From IMG/VR virus record IMGVR_UViG_3300032285_000379: a stretch of 64,000 nt of DNA; one strand, given 5' to 3'. Both the position numbers and the translations under genes were made by a program. The notes beneath the pieces are model-generated. The model was not told where the DNA came from. It searched no databases and saw only the letters and a list, made by a program, of their open reading frames with translations. Shown here one piece after another: positions 7,919 through 17,682 of the stretch (position 1 is its first letter; each line of letters starts with the position of its first letter). The DNA comes from an uncultured virus (IMG/VR IMGVR_UViG_3300032285_000379) (Duplodnaviria; Heunggongvirae; Uroviricota; Caudoviricetes).

Positions 7919-7946
7919 TTGACACGTATAGAAAATATGATAGAGT
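7919..7946 (+). promoter_or_regulatory. Sigma70-like promoter TTGACA-N16-TAGAGT with extended TG
   Basis: Consensus match. Confidence 0.55.
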
Positions 7947-8071
7947 TCTCACCGTTGGATGTGAGAAACCCAGCAAGCAAGCCGTTAGATCTGATCCCGA
8001 CCCCGCATGGGGTGTCAAATGTCCAAAAGACAATTTGGTTTCTCACCGGGGTCAGTTCTAACGGCTTTTTT
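7945..8071 (+). promoter_or_regulatory. Attenuator or antisense-type leader RNA ending in a terminator
   Basis: Long stem 7979-7999/8047-8067 plus T-run; GTGAGAAACC (7961) complementary to GGTTTCTCAC (8037) and to TTCTCAC (7946). Confidence 0.6.
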
Positions 8072-8341
8072 GTTGCCCTTTCACTTCTGACCGGACTCCA
8101 TCCGATAGCAAGAGTTCAGCCTGACTGCGTGGAAGAAAAGGGTACACGGTACGACATACGTCTAGGGGGCAGTTCCCGAATAATCCGTGCGGCTGGTCGA
8201 ATCATCAAGCCGAGGGGCTGACTAACGTCAGCATGATGATGCCGTAAAGGCGGGTGAACCTCCTCTCTTACTCCGTCTGGGGTAGGGGGGTCTTTGGGGT
8301 GAAATTATTAAAACAGCCCCGTCAGGGGCAGAGAGGAATAA

Positions 8342-8578
8342 ATGAGCGATAAAAACATGGATGATGCTTTTGAGGAATGGTGGGAAGGTGATCCTGACGA
8401 TGAACCCATCGACTTCGTCTCAAAGAAGCAAGCAAAACAAATTTTCACGGCGGGGTATCTATGGGGTTCCCGCAGACCTGTATTTCAAATGAGCGCCGCA
8501 CAGCTTGCGGTGCTGACAAAAATGATCAGAGAACAAATTGAAAGGGAAAACAATGAGAATTTATCTAATCGCAAGTAA
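8342..8578 (+). CDS. Hypothetical protein
   Basis: GAGGA RBS. Confidence 0.7.
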   Translation: MSDKNMDDAFEEWWEGDPDDEPIDFVSKKQAKQIFTAGYLWGSRRPVFQMSAAQLAVLTKMIREQIERENNENLSNRK

Positions 8579-8762
8579 CCGTGGCGTTAGGCTAGTAAGA
8601 GCAAACCATCGCTCACAAGCACTATCATTTGTTGCATCGCAGGAATTAACCGTGCGTGTTGCATCACAAGAAGACTTGGTTAAACACCTCGCAGAAGGTA
8701 CGTCAATCGAAACAGTCGCCCCGCCCGACCAAACAAAATTGGACTTTGGAAATGCCGACTGA
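8553..8762 (+). CDS. Hypothetical phage protein (MRIYLI...RLVRA..QAL)
   Basis: Coupled ORF. Confidence 0.7.
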   Translation: MRIYLIASNRGVRLVRANHRSQALSFVASQELTVRVASQEDLVKHLAEGTSIETVAPPDQTKLDFGNAD

Positions 8763-9231
8763 TCAAGAGAACGAACAGAACCATCAGGACATTCTGGTCA
8801 ACGTAGAGAAAAGCAAGTCAGGCGTTCAAAGAGTTGCCGCATGGCTAAACGATAAGGGCTACACCGTCACTGTCCCGCCGATGGTCGTAGTCCAATCATC
8901 TTACGAAGACCGAATGAATCACATTGACAACGGTGATTTATTTCTCCATCAACGCATGGAAGTCAAGGTTCGTTCCATTGACTTTACCTGCGCACAAGAT
9001 TATCCTTTTAAAGATGGAATATATGTCTGCGCACAGCATTCATATGACAACGCAAAGCCAAAGCCGCACTCATACATCATCCTTAACAAGAACATGACTC
9101 ATGCCGCAATCATCATGGGAGACACCAAAAACCTCTGGACTGTCAAGAATGTTAAGGACTCACGTTACAAAGACTTCACACAGCCGATTTACTCATGCCC
9201 AGTGAGTGCGGTTAAATTCACAAAGCTTTAA
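8752..9231 (+). CDS. Hypothetical protein, possible PD-(D/E)XK-like fold
   Basis: DNGDLF..RMEVK motif. Confidence 0.6.
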   Translation: MPTDQENEQNHQDILVNVEKSKSGVQRVAAWLNDKGYTVTVPPMVVVQSSYEDRMNHIDNGDLFLHQRMEVKVRSIDFTCAQDYPFKDGIYVCAQHSYDNAKPKPHSYIILNKNMTHAAIIMGDTKNLWTVKNVKDSRYKDFTQPIYSCPVSAVKFTKL

Positions 9232-9238
9232 GGACAAC

Positions 9239-9424
9239 ATGGAAACAGATTTAAACAACTTGACGATGCGGGATTTGTTTGCCGCATTTGCAATGGCAGG
9301 GATGAATTCAAGAGATGTTTTTGATGCGGGGCAGGCAAGGCCAGAACAAAGAGCCAAGCTTGCTTACATTGAAGCAGACGCAATGATTGAAGCAAGGAGA
9401 CAAGCGAATGACTCGCAACTATAA
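9239..9424 (+). CDS. Small phage protein (MRDLFAAFAM...ADAMIEAR)
   Basis: Paralog of 1736..1936; AAGGA RBS. Confidence 0.75.
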   Translation: METDLNNLTMRDLFAAFAMAGMNSRDVFDAGQARPEQRAKLAYIEADAMIEARRQANDSQL

Positions 9425-9647
9425 ACAAGAATACAAAACGCAGGTTGATCGTGGTGAACATGAGAACCGCATGGAACGTCAACGAGCCAGACGCAAGCTT
9501 GACGCAAAAGGCGTAGACCGAAAAGGCAAAGACGTTGCGCACGTTAAAGCTTTAAGCAAGGGAGGGTCAAACGCTACTGGCATCAAACTGCAATCGCCCA
9601 GCAAGAACCGTTCATTTAAACGCAATTCTGATGGCAGCATGAAATGA
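9408..9647 (+). CDS. Small HNH-like endonuclease
   Basis: GKDVAHVKALSKGGSN...SKNR. Confidence 0.65.
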   Translation: MTRNYKQEYKTQVDRGEHENRMERQRARRKLDAKGVDRKGKDVAHVKALSKGGSNATGIKLQSPSKNRSFKRNSDGSMK

Positions 9648-11329
9648 TTGCCGAGCTGGTAGCGCAAACGCACTTTGGAAGTAGTGCGCGGGTGATCTGT
9701 CCTTACTGCACGCCCGAAAGAAAAAAACAAAATCTAAAAGATATGACGCTGACTCGCAAAGATGATGGGGCGGTAATCTACCACTGCCACCATTGCTTTG
9801 AGAACGGTGTAGTTCAACCACGAAAGGAAATCAAATTGTCAGTTGTCCAAGCAATCAAACCCACCGCCCATCTAACTAATACGCACTATGACTGGTTAGA
9901 AAGCCGAGGAATATCCAAAGTCACAGCCGATAAGCTCGGGCTGACATCAGCAGAGAAGTTTTTTCACAAGATCGGTAAGGTAACCCAAGCCATTGCATTT
10001 CCCTACTACCGTGGCGGTGTGTTGGTTGCCACCAAGTACAGATCCATTGAGGGCAAAGACTTCACCCAAGATATGGGAGGAGCGCACGACTTCTTCAACA
10101 TCGACAACATAAAGAACGGTGAGCCAATCATCATTGTCGAAGGCGAGATGGATGTCTTATCCGCCGTTGAGGCGGGTTTAAACAATGTAGTGTCTGTACC
10201 TTCAGGTGCGCCGCAGAAGCTAACCGAAGCCAAAGGCGATGAGAAGCGTTTTGCGTTTATACAGAACGCAAGAACGGTCATCGATAAAGCTCCCTACATT
10301 GTCATAGCGACAGATCAAGACCAAGCAGGTCAGGTCTTAGCCGAAGAGTTGGCTCGCAGGATAGGTAAAGACAAGTGCAGACTTGCCAAGTTTTCAAAGA
10401 AAGATTTCAACGAGGTCTTAACAGATGATGACCCGACACTTGATGATCGCCCCGCTAACATACTGAAGAAAATTATTGACGCAGCCGAGCCATATCCGAT
10501 CACCGGACTTTTGCGAGCAGCGCAGTTCAACGACCGTTTAAACAATCTCTACGCAGCCGGAACGGGAAAGGGTTGCAGTACGGGCTACGACTCGGTGGAT
10601 CAGATTTACACGGTTGCACCTTCACAGCTTACAGTTGTCACTGGTTACCCAAGCTCAGGCAAATCTAACTTCGTCGATCAGTTGATGGTCAATCTCGGAC
10701 GCAATGAGGATTGGAAGTTTGCCATCTGCTCGTTTGAGAATCAACCGGAGATCCACATCAGCCGACTGATGGAGATTTACACAAAGAAAAGATTCTTCGA
10801 CGGCAAAGAACGCATGACAACCAGCGAACGCGATGAAGCGTTTAAATGGGTGCAGGATCATTTTGTGTTCATTGAAACAAACGGCGATGAGCCGTCAACA
10901 TTGGATTCAATTCTGGATCGTGCGGCAACAGCAGTCACCAAGCTTGGTGTAAAGGGATTGGTCATCGATCCCTACAACTACATTGAGATGAATAAGTCTA
11001 GCCAGACAGAGACAGAAGCCATCAGCAATATGCTGACAAGGGTTCAGAAGTTCTGTAAGCAACACGCTATCCATACATGGTTCGTAGCGCACCCATCAAA
11101 GATCAATCGATCAGGCGTAGATCAACCAAGACCGGACGGTATGTCCATCTCAGGTTCGATGGCTTGGTGGGCTAAGACCGATTGCGGTATCACCGTTCAC
11201 CGTGGTGAGGGTTGCGTTGAAATCGCCGTATGGAAGTGCCGCTATAGATGGGTAGGCACACAAGGTGAAACGTCCCTGCTGTACAACAAAATCAGCGGAA
11301 CGTATGAGGAAAATCTGGATCAGTTCTAG
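9644..11329 (+). CDS. Primase-helicase (Twinkle/T7 gp4-like)
   Basis: Zn finger CPYC/CHHC, TOPRIM IIVEGEMD and ATDQD, Walker A GYPSSGKS, VIDPYNYI, VAHPSK. Confidence 0.92.
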   Translation: MIAELVAQTHFGSSARVICPYCTPERKKQNLKDMTLTRKDDGAVIYHCHHCFENGVVQPRKEIKLSVVQAIKPTAHLTNTHYDWLESRGISKVTADKLGLTSAEKFFHKIGKVTQAIAFPYYRGGVLVATKYRSIEGKDFTQDMGGAHDFFNIDNIKNGEPIIIVEGEMDVLSAVEAGLNNVVSVPSGAPQKLTEAKGDEKRFAFIQNARTVIDKAPYIVIATDQDQAGQVLAEELARRIGKDKCRLAKFSKKDFNEVLTDDDPTLDDRPANILKKIIDAAEPYPITGLLRAAQFNDRLNNLYAAGTGKGCSTGYDSVDQIYTVAPSQLTVVTGYPSSGKSNFVDQLMVNLGRNEDWKFAICSFENQPEIHISRLMEIYTKKRFFDGKERMTTSERDEAFKWVQDHFVFIETNGDEPSTLDSILDRAATAVTKLGVKGLVIDPYNYIEMNKSSQTETEAISNMLTRVQKFCKQHAIHTWFVAHPSKINRSGVDQPRPDGMSISGSMAWWAKTDCGITVHRGEGCVEIAVWKCRYRWVGTQGETSLLYNKISGTYEENLDQF

Positions 11330-11332
11330 GCA

Positions 11333-11366
11333 AAGAAAAGGGGGATAAGAAATCTTATCCCCCGTT
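11333..11366. terminator. Probable bidirectional intrinsic terminator between convergent operons
   Basis: GGGGATAAGA-AA-TCTTATCCCC hairpin with A-rich left flank. Confidence 0.65.
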
Positions 11367-11410
11367 TAAACGCTATTTAAATCCCGGGTGAGCTACCCGG
11401 TGAGCTTTGT

Positions 11411-11650
11411 TTAAACAAGCCGCGCAGAATGAACGGCTGAAAGTACATTGTCAAACCGACTGATGAAACGTGGTGTAGCCAGATGCACTCTAGGCTTGCG
11501 ATAGACCACCCAAGCACCGTCTTTATACTTGATGTACTTCTCACCCTTTGGGACTGCATCAGCCGTTCTAACGACCTCTACGCACTCCCAAGGGGCTACA
11601 GCAGATGCAAACGTGGGTGATGGGTCAGCCAATACCTTGACTACCCTCAT
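11411..11650 (-). CDS. Hypothetical protein (MRVVKVLADP...)
   Basis: ATGA coupling to upstream gene. Confidence 0.6.
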   Translation of the reverse strand: MRVVKVLADPSPTFASAVAPWECVEVVRTADAVPKGEKYIKYKDGAWVVYRKPRVHLATPRFISRFDNVLSAVHSARLV

Positions 11651-11928
11651 GCGGTCACCTTGATAGGCTGACCACGGTAGAACATGGGTGTACCGTCCCG
11701 CTTGCAGTCCATGTAGAAGTTGACAGCCGATGCAATTGAATCCCAATTCAAACCGATATTGGCATCGAATGCAGTCTCGGCAATCTTCATTACGTTGATG
11801 CAATCTTCATCGGTAAAGTCTTCCGCATCTTCGATGCCCTCAGTCTCAATGACACTACGAATGTCATCGACACCCCATTCATCACGCAACACCCATTCAT
11901 CGTCATGCCCTTGGATCAATCTAGCCAT
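11647..11928 (-). CDS. Hypothetical acidic protein
   Basis: Coupled ORF. Confidence 0.7.
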   Translation of the reverse strand: MARLIQGHDDEWVLRDEWGVDDIRSVIETEGIEDAEDFTDEDCINVMKIAETAFDANIGLNWDSIASAVNFYMDCKRDGTPMFYRGQPIKVTA

Positions 11929-12083
11929 TATTCATCTCCCTTGATTAACAATTGAATTGCACGGTCTGCGTCTTGTAGAACTTCATCGATCATGTAATAC
12001 TCTCGCCACTCAGGCTCAGGCTCAAGCGCACCTACCAATGACATCAGATTGCGGATAGTCTGCAACACAAAATCTTTGTCCAT
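11928..12083 (-). CDS. 51-aa hypothetical protein (MDKDFVLQTIRNL...)
   Basis: Manual translation; AAGGA RBS; TAATG coupling. Confidence 0.6.
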   Translation of the reverse strand: MDKDFVLQTIRNLMSLVGALEPEPEWREYYMIDEVLQDADRAIQLLIKGDE

Positions 12084-12114
12084 TTGTTTTCCTTCGTTGT
12101 TTGTTTAAACGTAG

Positions 12115-12345
12115 TCAGTGCTTTTCACTGCTATCGGGTTGAAAGAAATTCTCAAACTCCCAGACATAGTCTATGCGTTCAAAGAATTTTTCTTTATCCT
12201 CGCCAGTTGACATAGACAGCAACACCAACACCTTTGACAACACTGCCAGTGTCGCTGATACATCAACCTCGGAGTGACTCACCATCTCTACGATACCCTC
12301 GTAGAACATGGCTATGTCTTTATTTGCTGACTCAAGTTTGGGCAT
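12115..12345 (-). CDS. Hypothetical protein
   Basis: GGAG RBS. Confidence 0.7.
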   Translation of the reverse strand: MPKLESANKDIAMFYEGIVEMVSHSEVDVSATLAVLSKVLVLLSMSTGEDKEKFFERIDYVWEFENFFQPDSSEKH

Positions 12346-12356
12346 GATTTGCTCCC

Positions 12357-12620
12357 TTATTTTGACCTTGCTTTTATAGCATCAATCTCATCAAGGTGAT
12401 CATAAAAATCCCACCAGTATTCGACCTTATCAGCAAACAATTCAACAAATTCTTCACGTTCAAAAATGTTTTCTGACTTGTGCGTGGCTAACCGTCCACC
12501 TCTGGCGGCTACAACCATCAGGGCATTGATGCCTAAGATGAAGTCGCCACCCTCTAGATGATCTTCAATCTTGTCAGCCAGTTCCATGATCTCCATGTAC
12601 TCATCTTTAGTAAAGCTCAT
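12357..12620 (-). CDS. Hypothetical protein
   Basis: GGAGG RBS. Confidence 0.7.
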   Translation of the reverse strand: MSFTKDEYMEIMELADKIEDHLEGGDFILGINALMVVAARGGRLATHKSENIFEREEFVELFADKVEYWWDFYDHLDEIDAIKARSK

Positions 12621-12769
12621 ATATCCTCCGGTTTAAGTTCATCGTCCAACTCATCATCGGTAAACTCATCGACCTCTACGCTGATTACACGTAGACCGTC
12701 CATGATCTCTACCACTTCAAATCTAAATCCTGCATTGTTCAGCAGTTCGTAAAGTCTTATCGCCTTCAT
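12617..12769 (-). CDS. 50-aa acidic hypothetical protein (MKAIRLYELL...)
   Basis: Manual translation; ATGA overlaps at both ends. Confidence 0.6.
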   Translation of the reverse strand: MKAIRLYELLNNAGFRFEVVEIMDGLRVISVEVDEFTDDELDDELKPEDI

Positions 12770-12999
12770 GCTGTAGCCTTCAGTTCGACCGAACGCAGAT
12801 ACTTTGTCAGGTCATCGTTTAAACGGCAAAGCTCATCAAAGCTCATCACGGTTTGGTAACGTGAGTGCAATCGATCTGGATCTTTTGCGTGTAGCAGTTG
12901 ACTGCTGATCTTCACTTCAAACGCACCGTCCAGTGCGGCAATAGGAAGTACGGTCATAGTTTCAATGTAGCTATCGCTACGAATCAAATCGGTTTTCAT
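12766..12999 (-). CDS. Hypothetical protein
   Basis: Coupled ORF. Confidence 0.7.
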   Translation of the reverse strand: MKTDLIRSDSYIETMTVLPIAALDGAFEVKISSQLLHAKDPDRLHSRYQTVMSFDELCRLNDDLTKYLRSVELKATA

Positions 13000-13193
13000 T
13001 TGTTCCCTTTCAAAGTACTGGTTTCAAATTCTCGCCATGATTGAATGGCTTTTTCTCTAACGTCCTGATTGCTCAGAATTTCATACATGATGCGTGTCAA
13101 ATGGTACGTCTTGTGATGGAAATGCAATGCCATCGCCGTTGCCAACATACCCCATGCAAACAATGCTATCTCTGTTATTGATACTTCAATCAT
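12996..13193 (-). CDS. Hypothetical protein, possible single TM
   Basis: Coupled ORF. Confidence 0.65.
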   Translation of the reverse strand: MIEVSITEIALFAWGMLATAMALHFHHKTYHLTRIMYEILSNQDVREKAIQSWREFETSTLKGNK

Positions 13194-13202
13194 GATTCCC
13201 CC

Positions 13203-14789
13203 TTATGCCGCCATTTTGATTTGCTTGAAAGATGCACCCGCCAACTCATCCAGATTCTTAATGATGATGTTGTTGGGATACATACGTGACAGGTCAGCGT
13301 GGATACCAACCCCGATGGTTGTGATGCCTAAGCGTTCGCCGGACTTAGCTTGCTCCATGCAACGTTTCTGATCGTCATACTCAACACCGCCATCAGCAAG
13401 GATAAACACAACCTTGCGCTGTTCTGGACGGTTCAGCAACAGGCTATGCGCATAACGCAAGGCTTGACTGTCAGAGTTGTCAGCACCTGAGCGCATACGT
13501 GCGATCAGCGGCATAGCCTTTGCGACAGTCATGTTCCAAGGCTTGAGCATTGACACCTTTGTGCCGAACGTCACGACACTGGTTGCAACACCCGCACGGT
13601 CTAACGTTTCCATCATGGTTGCCATGACAGGTGCGGCGGCTCTCATATTCTCATTGAACATTGAACCTGAGCAGTCCATCACAAACACCACGGCGGAATC
13701 GATGCCGCCCTCTTCGTGATGACGTTTAAACACACGATCATTACCTGCGGCAACGGTATGCAAATTTCCGACATCAAGCTGACCATGACGGCGGTTGAAT
13801 TGGTACTCATCAATGCCTGACATTTCAAACAGGCGGCGAACCTCATAACGCAACTTAGCACCGCCGACAGGCTTGAGATCCCATGCGGCAGATTCCTCTA
13901 AGTCACGTACGTGCGACAGGGGCTTTGCCATTGTGCGATCAGGTGACCAACTGACACCGCCGCCGATACCCTCTTCACGATCCAATGTAGGCTCAGGGCA
14001 TACAGCATCATTAGGCACAGGCTTTGACATAGGCTTGCCGCCTGTATCACCATAGTCAGCCGCACCTTTGCCATCGGCATCGGCATCGGCACTCTCACCG
14101 TCAGCGTCAGCATCGCCGTCACCTGATCCTTTGGTAGGTTTACCCTCTGGATCAGGGGTGTCGCCCTCTGGCGGTTGTTCCTCGACAGCTTTTTCAATCT
14201 GGTCATACACCCATTGTGCAAGGTCACGCACCTGAGCGGAGTCGGTGCAAGTGTTTAAACGTGTACGTGCCTGCTCGAATATTGGCAGGACGGTAGGGTG
14301 AACAGGGACTTTGCGTGTGGCATGGTCACGGCAAAATACTGCAATGACAAAGGGCAATTGAGCGGGGTTAGACCAATCGGATACTTGCTCTAAACCCTCC
14401 GACACCATAGTGTCGATCAGCACTGTCAACAACTCACCGATGTTGCCTGTCAGACCGGCGGCAATGGCAGTGTTTTCGATTCGGGCATCCTCTAAACCAT
14501 TCCAAAGCATACGCACAAAGTGGTTGCTGTAAGTCAAACCATCAGTGGTGTATTTGCGGTGCAACAACTCATGCACAATGAAACCCATGTAGCGCATAAA
14601 CAACTGCTTAGTGACCACGGCATCATCAGCGATGTCGGACAGCACCATGCGACCTTTGCCATCGATACACGCTGTCGGGATATTGCCCCAACGAATAGTG
14701 ATGGGACGCAACTTGAGTGCGCTTGTGATTTTGTGGGCGGCATCCTCGACACCCTTGCGGAATTCCCAACCACGCATTGTATTTTTCAT
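13203..14789 (-). CDS. CobT-like VWA protein with N-terminal HExxH domain
   Basis: VHELLH..YT, acidic linker, MIDAS DCSGSM, VFILADG. Confidence 0.85.
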   Translation of the reverse strand: MKNTMRGWEFRKGVEDAAHKITSALKLRPITIRWGNIPTACIDGKGRMVLSDIADDAVVTKQLFMRYMGFIVHELLHRKYTTDGLTYSNHFVRMLWNGLEDARIENTAIAAGLTGNIGELLTVLIDTMVSEGLEQVSDWSNPAQLPFVIAVFCRDHATRKVPVHPTVLPIFEQARTRLNTCTDSAQVRDLAQWVYDQIEKAVEEQPPEGDTPDPEGKPTKGSGDGDADADGESADADADGKGAADYGDTGGKPMSKPVPNDAVCPEPTLDREEGIGGGVSWSPDRTMAKPLSHVRDLEESAAWDLKPVGGAKLRYEVRRLFEMSGIDEYQFNRRHGQLDVGNLHTVAAGNDRVFKRHHEEGGIDSAVVFVMDCSGSMFNENMRAAAPVMATMMETLDRAGVATSVVTFGTKVSMLKPWNMTVAKAMPLIARMRSGADNSDSQALRYAHSLLLNRPEQRKVVFILADGGVEYDDQKRCMEQAKSGERLGITTIGVGIHADLSRMYPNNIIIKNLDELAGASFKQIKMAA

Positions 14790-14858
14790 TTTGATTCTCC
14801 CTTGTTTGATAGTGCTAGTGGATAGTATAACGCTATTACTAGCACACTGGTTGACTGA

Positions 14859-16316
14859 TTACAGATTCTTTTCGATGAATTCGGCATTGATGCAAGCGGT
14901 CTTGATTGCTTGCACGGCGATGGCTGACTCTGACGGTTGACGGTTACCGATTGCCGCCGCCCATGCGTCATCAACGGTCATCAGTCGCAGATTCTTGATG
15001 AAGTACATGGTTTGGCGAATGGACGGTGCATCGATGATGTCGCCCGAATCAACCTTGGCTCTGAATGCATTCAGTGCTTTGACCACATGGGTAGCTAACT
15101 GCTTACTGCAACCAGTGCGGCGGCACACAATGTCGATCTCCATTGCGGGTGTCATGTGTTCAAACTTAATCACTGACGCAAAGCGTTCGGCAGTGGCAGT
15201 GTTTAAACGGCGAGTGCCGCCATACAGACCGGACTCATCGCCAGATGTCAGGGTGTTATCAGCACCGAACACCACGACACCGTTTGCACGGCGGTGAACC
15301 TCACCGCCATAGCTGATCACAGGGTTAGGCTCAAGAAAACCGTTAAGGATAGCCAACTCACCCGCATCAGTCATACTGATTTCGTCCAACAGCACCACGG
15401 TGCTAGGGGTTGTCAGTCCTGCAAGCACTGCACCCTTTTCAAACACGGTGTCACCCTTAGACATACCTTTGCCGCCCATAAAATCCATTGCAGTGGTGTA
15501 TTTGGTGAATTGGAAACGCACGTAATTGCGTCCGGTGAATGCGGCAAATTGTTCGGCGGTTTGAGACTTGCCTGTACCCTTAGCACCGCCAAAGAACAGG
15601 TTGTCATGCGTACCCTGCACCCCAAGGATCGCACGTAAGATCTTTTCTGACCATACCCAGTGCTTATCGATGGACGGTGCGGCAGGGTGATTAAAGATGT
15701 CAACCATCACTGGATCGCCATTGCGTTCACGTATATCGATGCCGAATACGTCCAAGGCAGAGCGGCGATCCACAATGTGGACGGCGGCGGCATCAGCCAC
15801 GATTGACTCAGCGTGTGCGTCAGCCACGATACGTTTAAACGCATCGAATTCTTTTGCGATAGTACTAGCCACTGCCGCTTGCACAGTACTGGTATCAATT
15901 GTCACAGGCTTTTGAACGAATGATTCAATGCGTTCGTTCATCTCATCGATGGCGGTCTTAACTCTATTGATTGAGTTGTCCGACATGGTGACGGCATGAG
16001 CGGCGGCACGTACAGCGTCATTGACCATGCCACGCACCTCAAGTGCGATTGACTCTGAGCGGTTAGCCACGGCGGCAACAGCATCAAGCTTGACGCTGTC
16101 AACAGCGGCGGCGGGTGCAGTCGGCATGAATACAGGGCAGGACTGAATATTCTCAAAAGATATTTTGTCGTCCATCACCATTTGGGCTAACGCCCTAGCA
16201 CAAGTGGCATTGGCATTGACAGTGGGCAGATCCTCTCCCACATGGAATTTATACGCACCGAGGATTTTGCCTGTACCCATTGACAGGACTTTGAGAGTGG
16301 CTTGCTGAATGTTCAT
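14859..16316 (-). CDS. MoxR/CbbQ/CobS-like AAA+ ATPase
   Basis: Walker A GAKGTGKS, Walker B VLLDE, ADNT, LNTATAERF; adjacent VWA partner. Confidence 0.88.
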   Translation of the reverse strand: MNIQQATLKVLSMGTGKILGAYKFHVGEDLPTVNANATCARALAQMVMDDKISFENIQSCPVFMPTAPAAAVDSVKLDAVAAVANRSESIALEVRGMVNDAVRAAAHAVTMSDNSINRVKTAIDEMNERIESFVQKPVTIDTSTVQAAVASTIAKEFDAFKRIVADAHAESIVADAAAVHIVDRRSALDVFGIDIRERNGDPVMVDIFNHPAAPSIDKHWVWSEKILRAILGVQGTHDNLFFGGAKGTGKSQTAEQFAAFTGRNYVRFQFTKYTTAMDFMGGKGMSKGDTVFEKGAVLAGLTTPSTVVLLDEISMTDAGELAILNGFLEPNPVISYGGEVHRRANGVVVFGADNTLTSGDESGLYGGTRRLNTATAERFASVIKFEHMTPAMEIDIVCRRTGCSKQLATHVVKALNAFRAKVDSGDIIDAPSIRQTMYFIKNLRLMTVDDAWAAAIGNRQPSESAIAVQAIKTACINAEFIEKNL

Positions 16317-16334
16317 TGTGGTTTTCCTTTATGT

Positions 16335-16916
16335 TTAAACGGTTGGGGCAAGGGTGAAAGTTGTAGAGTCCAGTGGGCAGACAGGCAGACCAAGCAACGC
16401 CCATTTGGTAGACAGTCGCACGGTGTAATCGCACACTGGACAGAATGCCTTGAGCATTCTGGTGTTCTGAGTCTTAACCTCAGAGATGGACATTTCAGCG
16501 TGTGGGTATGCACCCAAACCCATGATCATGTCGTGATAGGTGCTAGGGAAATCGATTGAGCGGGTGATTACTTTCCAACCAGTTGCAGATCCATCAAGTC
16601 CCATAGCACTAGCAATGACACCGTAGCTAGTACCATAAGACAGCGCACCAGATGTCGTGCGGCAGAGTTGCGACAGCAACACGGTGAACACCTCTATGGG
16701 TTTGTCTACTGTCGGGGCAATGAATATCTCCATTGAGCGGTCAGCGGATTCAGTGGACGCATGGCAATCACCCAAGCGTTTGTTGCGTTTGAAGTTGAGC
16801 GGATAACCGCACGACACCCGAATGTTGGTTGCGAGTGGTCTACCTAACAGGTCAAACATTGGACGCAATTCGGCAACCGCCGCTTGCAACCAATCCTCTC
16901 TTGTCTTGTGTTCCAT
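16335..16916 (-). CDS. SprT-like protein with C-terminal Zn ribbon; HExxH apparently degenerate
   Basis: REDWL, IRVSCGYP, EIFIAP, TRMLKAFCPVCDYTVR..W..GLPVCP. Confidence 0.6.
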   Translation of the reverse strand: MEHKTREDWLQAAVAELRPMFDLLGRPLATNIRVSCGYPLNFKRNKRLGDCHASTESADRSMEIFIAPTVDKPIEVFTVLLSQLCRTTSGALSYGTSYGVIASAMGLDGSATGWKVITRSIDFPSTYHDMIMGLGAYPHAEMSISEVKTQNTRMLKAFCPVCDYTVRLSTKWALLGLPVCPLDSTTFTLAPTV

Positions 16917-16954
16917 GATTTTTCCTTTGCTAGTGATAGTTGTTGTGTGAGTGC

Positions 16955-16993
16955 TAGTACTATAACGTATAAACAGCGGATCGGTTTACACGC
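16955..16993 (-). promoter_or_regulatory. Putative early promoter GCGTGTAAAC-N16-CGTTATAGTACTA
   Basis: Near-identical bipartite motif at 18177-18216; contains TATAGT. Confidence 0.5.
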
Positions 16994-17144
16994 CGTCAGA
17001 TTTATTTAAGGCATCGGTCATCACATGACCAAGGTAGATGCCGCCGACAATCAGTGCCAATTTAAACAGCAAGCCGCCGTCCAGACTTTGTGATCCGAAA
17101 ATAATCAGTGCAGTAGCAAGCAGGGTTGTAAGAATGTTGTACAT
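16986..17144 (-). CDS. 52-aa membrane microprotein
   Basis: MYNILTTLLATALIIFG...LALIVGGIYLG. Confidence 0.6.
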   Translation of the reverse strand: MYNILTTLLATALIIFGSQSLDGGLLFKLALIVGGIYLGHVMTDALNKSDGV

Positions 17145-17215
17145 AGTTTGCCTTTCAGAGTTGTTGAAGTAGTGGTGATGCCACTGATAAGCCCTGATCG
17201 GGCTTATCGCTGAAA

Positions 17216-17398
17216 TCACTTGGACGGTGCGGTGATATGCCCTGCATCGATCAATGCGGCGGCAGTGCGTCCGAACCAACCTTGCAGTTGCCATGCCAGA
17301 CCAGTGTCAACCAGTGTCTGCCATGCCTGTAGGTATTGATCCTCGCTGTCGCAATCAATCCAACCCTCGGCGATTCCTGTTGCGGTGATTGAGTCCAT
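17216..17398 (-). CDS. Small phage protein (AWQTLVDTGLAWQLQGWFGRTA)
   Basis: Recognisable small phage-protein motif. Confidence 0.75.
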   Translation of the reverse strand: MDSITATGIAEGWIDCDSEDQYLQAWQTLVDTGLAWQLQGWFGRTAAALIDAGHITAPSK

Positions 17399-17409
17399 GT
17401 TTAAACCTT

Positions 17410-17661
17410 TCAGAGTGAGTCGATTAACAGGTGAGCGGAGCGGATCGCACGGCGGGTGCGGAGTGACTTGGACTGCAAGACCATGCGGCGGTCACGCACG
17501 GCATCCAGTTCAGCGTAGAGCTTTGCCACGTAGGGGTGAGCAAGGTCACGGTCATACAGGGCGAGGGTTGAGTGAATGTCAGCAATGGCGTACTCGCATT
17601 GAGCAAGTGAGTAGCCGCTAACTTTTGCCACGGCGGCACGGTTCATTTCGGTGTAGGTCAT
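17410..17661 (-). CDS. Hypothetical early protein
   Basis: ORF in leftward early cluster. Confidence 0.65.
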   Translation of the reverse strand: MTYTEMNRAAVAKVSGYSLAQCEYAIADIHSTLALYDRDLAHPYVAKLYAELDAVRDRRMVLQSKSLRTRRAIRSAHLLIDSL

Positions 17662-17682
17662 GATGGTCTTTCAGGGTTGTGT

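Noticed and set aside
7910..8221. 103-aa ORF
   Set aside because: Overlaps a promoter and terminator structure, with no clear RBS or recognisable motif
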